From assembly GCF_009914755.1 (NCBI RefSeq), contig NC_060946.1: a stretch of DNA of 64,000 nt, one strand, 5' to 3'. The number at the start of each line of letters is the position of its first letter. Positions within the stretch are counted from its first letter, which is position 1. The stretch is from the human T2T-CHM13v2.0 reference genome, Homo sapiens. Below are positions 55,991 through 64,000 of this stretch, piece after piece. The notes under the pieces were generated by a model. It did no database searches and had not been told where the DNA came from. It saw only the letters and a program-made list of their open reading frames with translations. Position numbers and translations under genes: made by a program.

Positions 55991-56063
55991 TGGAAATCTC
56001 CCGTTCATTCCTCTGTCTCAGCACCAGCTGTTCCTCCATGCTATCGGCTCTTTAAGAACAGAG

Positions 56064-56714
<651 letters not shown>

Positions 56715-57514
56715 CTAGCATCTCTAGAGGATTTTCAACTCACAAGCAGTGAGTAGGTATATTACGTATGCTATTTGATTGTCTGCTTATAATAGCTCTG
56801 AGAGATGTGAACACTGAGGTGAGGTGATGTTTACTAGCCCAAAGTCACCCAGCATATATGTTGGGAGCCCTCTACCTGAACCCAGGTCTGGGATCCCCAA
56901 AACCCAGCTCTTAATAATTCAAGAGGTCCAAGAACAAAGGAGGAAGAGGAGGAGGAGGGAGGCTCTCCAGGACTCAGCAGTAGAGTAGGAGGGAGATCAG
57001 GGGAAGCGGAGGGAGCCTCGTGCTGGGCCTGCTTCTTGGGTCTTTCTTCTGGGAGGTGTGCACAGCGTGCTGACAGCCTCCTTCAAACATCCCTGCACCA
57101 CCTCCCACCCTCTATCGGGAAGGAAGAAGCTTGGGGTGGGGGAGGCTCCCTTGGAAGTGGGTTCAAGGCCTGGCAGCTGCCTGCAGGCTCCTTGCTTCCC
57201 TCTGGGAGTTTTGGTTTCCTCCTGGGTAAAAGCAAGTTGATGAGATTAAGGGGAAATTGCCAGGGAGAGAGGGCTGCCTGGTGTGAGGTGGACCCCACCT
57301 GCCCAGGAGTCTCTCTGTGGGCATCACAAAGACAGTGCCAGCTCAGTGACACCTGAGGATGTCTCTGTCCCAGGGCCCCTATTATTAGCAAAGCCTTCCT
57401 CATTAGCACTTTCACACCTACATCATCACAGATTTCCAATCAGCTGTTCAATTCTCTTTTGAGAAGGAGTCAGTGTTGTACATATTGTAGGATGCCCTTT
57501 AAAAGGAAAAACAT

Positions 57515-57975
<461 letters not shown>

Positions 57976-58604
57976 TCACGCATTCGCCCCTGCATGCTGC
58001 TCTGAATCTGCCCTGGTCTCGACCTCTCCGGGGTTGTGATGCGGCCCCCTTGATGTCCCTCCAGCGCCCTGTGTTTGGAGGAAGGGACCCAAGCAGCCCA
58101 GGTGGCTGAGGTCAGGAGGACTTCGCAGCCTGGCTCTGTCACCCACAGGCAGAATGGCAAAAACAAGCTGCCTGCTAAGTCTCAAATTCTCCACCTTTAA
58201 ATTGGGGGTTGTCCACCCAGCAGGCAGCTATGGAGCAGCCACTATGTGCCAGGGACTGCTGGCAGAGGGAACATCAGGTTCCTCCCTCTAGGGAATGGAG
58301 CAGCTCCCTTCTGGTGAGGCAGCTAAGTGAGCCCTGTGGTGGGTGCCGGGATAGACCATCCCAGGTGGATGCTGGGTAGAGAGCCTGGGCAGGAGAGAGC
58401 CTGGCCCCTCGGGAACTGCTCGTGGTAAGTGCAGCTGATCCCAAAGTACAGACAGTACACCTGGAGGCAGCCAGCTGGCAGAATCCTGGTGTCAAAGGCT
58501 AAAAACACAGGCCTTGGAGGGTTTGGGGCAAAGACCTGCTGGTCACTGGTGGTTACTTGGCTGCCAGAGGCGAGAGGATTTGGCAGCCCTGACCCTGGAG
58601 CTGA

Positions 58605-58900
58605 GAAACCTGGGGCAGGTGAGCCGGGGGGAGTGAGGGAGAGGGGGGATCCCTAGGTGAGGTGGGGTGGGGGGAGTGGGAGGAACCCTGGGGCAGGTGA
58701 GGTGGGGGAGTGAGGAAGAGAGGGGAACCTTAGGTGGGGTAGGGGGAGTGAGGGAAAGGGGAAGCCCTAGGTGAGGTGGGAGCCCTATGTGAGGTGGGGG
58801 GAGTGAGGGAGAGGGGGAGCCCTATGTGAGGTGGGGGGAGTGAGAGAGAGGGGGGAACCCTGGGGCAGGTGAGGTGGGGGGAGTGAGGGAGAGGGGGCAG
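58605..58900. repeat. G-rich minisatellite (about 35-42 bp variable units)
   Basis: ccct...gtgaggtggggggagtgagggagagggggg repeated about 8 times. Confidence 0.85.
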
Positions 58901-59402
58901 CCATGGGAAAGCAGGATTGGATGAGGTCGGCAGGGAGGCTGGGAAGGTGACAGGTTGGGATGTTACAGCCCTGCTGTCTCAAGGTTGTTTTGGGGGGGTT
59001 CTTTGTGAACCATAAAAGGCCAGGTCTCAGCTCAGGAGAGGCCAGCGTCCCTGCACTTTCTGCCCTGTGCTGGGCTGGAGGGCATTCCCTCCAAATTTTC
59101 ATTATTTCTGGAACCACAGAATATGACCTTGTTTGGAAGTAGAATCTTCACAGAAGTGAAATCCGGATGGAGTCATTCTGGGTTCGGGTGGGCCCTCATC
59201 CCATATGACTGGTGTCTTTATGGAACAAGGAGAAGAAACAGAAAGGTTTCTCACAGAGAGACCCAGGGAGAACGCCAGGTGCTGTCAAACGCAGAGGACA
59301 CCAAGGACTGCCGGCCACACTGGCTGCTGAGAGGCGTGGGGTAGGCTCCACTCTGAATCTCAGAGGACCAAGGAGCAGGGCCCTGCCAACAGCTTCATTT
59401 CT

Positions 59403-60528
<1,126 letters not shown>

Positions 60529-60596
60529 GACAGCTTCATTTCTGACTTCCAGCCTCCAGAGCTGTGAGAGAATACATTTCTGTTGTTTAAAGTTGA

Positions 60597-61016
<420 letters not shown>

Positions 61017-62642
61017 TGATCAAAGTCCTGAGTCTCCTTTCTTGAGGGACGGTGGAGGCGGCACCAAATTCGTCTACTTAATTAGCATTCCCCCACTGCC
61101 CCCCGCAGACCCTGGCCTTCATGAGTGCTCATTCTCCACTCTGTCAGGTTGGGTCTAACGTCTCCGTTTGGTCTTGGCTATGGGAGATGTGGTCTTCAAT
61201 CTTGGGGCTCGTTGTTCTCAGATCCTGTTAGTTTTCCTTCCGTGGCCTGTGTTTGCAGGCACAGTCAAGTTTAATTATTTATTTACATAATCAGCACCTA
61301 CTTTTTCCCAACAGTTCATTGAAACCTTTCAAGGACTTTGGAAACAATCCCTTTTATTCTCATTTTGGTTGGCCGGATGCTGAAGCAGCAGAACGGAACA
61401 GAACAGAACGGTGTATGGTTCCGGTTTCACCTGCCCCCACCTCCCTGCTTCACATGCAGATTCTGGGTGAAAGAGCATTTCTTAGGCACCCACCAGGTGT
61501 TAGGCACCACGGTGGTCATCTGAAGTTATCACCGTCGGCAGCAGCGGCAGGGCCAGGCTGATGTTTGTAGAATTCAACTCCATGCATCGTGCTGAGGGCT
61601 TTTCATGTTCCCTCATCTTAATCCTTCACAAAACCCTACAATACAAGGTAGGTATTATGAACCCCACTGTATAGGTGAGGAAACTGAGGCCAATATACAT
61701 GGGGTGATTTATCTAAGAGAGCACAGCTGGTAAGCCGTTGTTTCTGACCCTGAGTCTAACTCAGGACCAAGCCTGCTGTGCTACCTTTTACGTGGAAGCT
61801 GTGCAGGGCTTGCAAAAGATGCCTAACAAACACTGACCAAGAGGCTGCCCACTGTGGCCTGCGGACATCACAGGTGAGGAGACTGGAGGCCGGGCTTGTA
61901 GGTCTGCTTTATCACCCTCCAGGGAGGACCATAAGTAAGAAAATCTTTCAACTGCCATGTGGCAGTCATGGGCGAGTTCTGAGTTATTAATAACACATAA
62001 TTTTTCAAACGAAGATCATTATCATAATAACGAAAGGTGCCATGAAGAAGTGCTAATTGCAATAATTACTAATTTATTAGGGAGTTAGAAGATGGGTCAA
62101 GGTTTGTAAATCAGGAAGGAATGTGTTAGACAAGTACGTGAGAAAACATGTAAAGTTAAAGATTCAGAATGTCTGTCTGAGAGCAGTCAGAGAAGAATTG
62201 GAAAACAATTGCTTCCACGAGCATCCCCTCCCTGGGACAGCCGCTGAAATCTCAGAGCCCCTGAAAATGCAAAAAATAAATAAATAAATAAATAATATAA
62301 TCCAAAAAAAATAACCCAAGATAGCCTGACCCTAGGATCCATCTATCCAGGCTAAAATGGTAGCAATTTAGACACCGAGCTTGCAACACAAGCTAAACCC
62401 AAGGACAGACCAGAGGGCCGTTTTCCATTCCCGTTGCTGCCTGCTACCCCAGTGCCCAGAATGGTGTCTCCCAGAGTGGGTGCTTATATGAATAGATGTT
62501 CTCATGATTGTTATTTTTGCTAGTGGTATCATTGTAAATGAACGTCAAGCCTGAGGCATTTCATCCAGCCAACCACAGGCTCCGCTCCTCACTCCCCATA
62601 GGTTAAGGCCAATGGAGGCTTTCGTTTGTGTGCACTTACACA

Positions 62643-62667
62643 CTGTGTGTGTGTGTGTGTGTGTGTG
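62643..62667. repeat. (TG)n microsatellite
   Basis: About 12 TG units. Confidence 0.9.
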
Positions 62668-62789
62668 TTTATGTGTATGCCTCCGTATGAAATAGAGATT
62701 CAACCCGGTGCTAAATAAACCTGCTAACAATTGGAAAGCCATGTACACTGGTGATTTGTTATGAAATATCCAGTTTGAAACCATGCACT

Positions 62790-63115
<326 letters not shown>

Positions 63116-63699
63116 CTACAAACCATCCATGTTTGTAAAATCTGACAGATGCTTTCTCATCTGTGAATGTGAAGGTTATGGCCTCCGCCCGTCCTGCCTC
63201 ATAAAGATTTCAGGAGGGACCCAGAACCAGAGATGGGAAACAATTTTGAGCAGGTGCAGTGCTAACAGCTCATCTCTGTACGTTAATCCAGCTTCTCCAT
63301 TAACCTCAATCAGGTCCACTGAGTCCCAGGCGCTGCAGGATTGACCTTGACCAGTTCCAGAAGCAGCAAACCTGGGTGTGTGTTGGAAGCAGCCCCAGCC
63401 CTGGATCCTAGATATTCTTACATGTAGGAAAAGCATACAATGCACACAAGAACAGGTCCCAAAGAACCTCCCTCCATTATCCTGAACTGTGAGTGCACCT
63501 GCTTATACCTCTGCCCCTACCAGCCCATGCCTCTAGATCTGCTTTACACCTGCCCAGAGGTTACTGCGCAGCCAGGAAGAGCCATAGCGGCTACCAGATC
63601 AAGGCTCTCTACTTTTTTTATTACGGCAAAGAACATGTGAGATGAGGTCAAGATCTTAAATTTCATCAGGGTATGTCTGGGCGAAAATAACAGCTGGAT

Positions 63700-64000
<301 letters not shown>

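Overview
Human (primate) genomic DNA, GC-rich and Alu-rich, holding the 5' end of PHF21B (PHD finger protein 21B; 22q13 from recall) on the minus strand. A CpG island of about 3.5 kb (~44900-48400) carries three short coding segments: exon 1a (47384-47437, MELQSRPEALAVELARHQ), alternative first exon 1b (46682-46699, MRRQPQ) and shared exon 2 (46433-46498, [22 protein letters not shown]). Positions 1-46432 belong to the very long next intron; the following exon lies outside the window. Positions ~48400-64000 are Alu-dense upstream DNA. The rest is SINE, LINE, LTR and DNA-transposon remnants, two long CAC/CAT triplet tracts and several tandem duplications. I found no new multi-gene system, and almost all ORF-track entries are non-coding artefacts. 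Best leads: (1) exon 1b looks like the relic of the 33-nt internal exon of the paralog PHF21A, converted into a first exon; (2) two interlocked inverted duplications lie 1.6-2.8 kb upstream of the exon 1a ATG; (3) a 1-kb phase-perfect triplet tract and a near-perfect 108-bp duplication are probably polymorphic; (4) there are candidate uORFs, a candidate poison or terminal exon, and an LTR-derived CTCF motif. Repeat subfamily names and protein identities come from recall, not database searches, and repeat boundaries are approximate.
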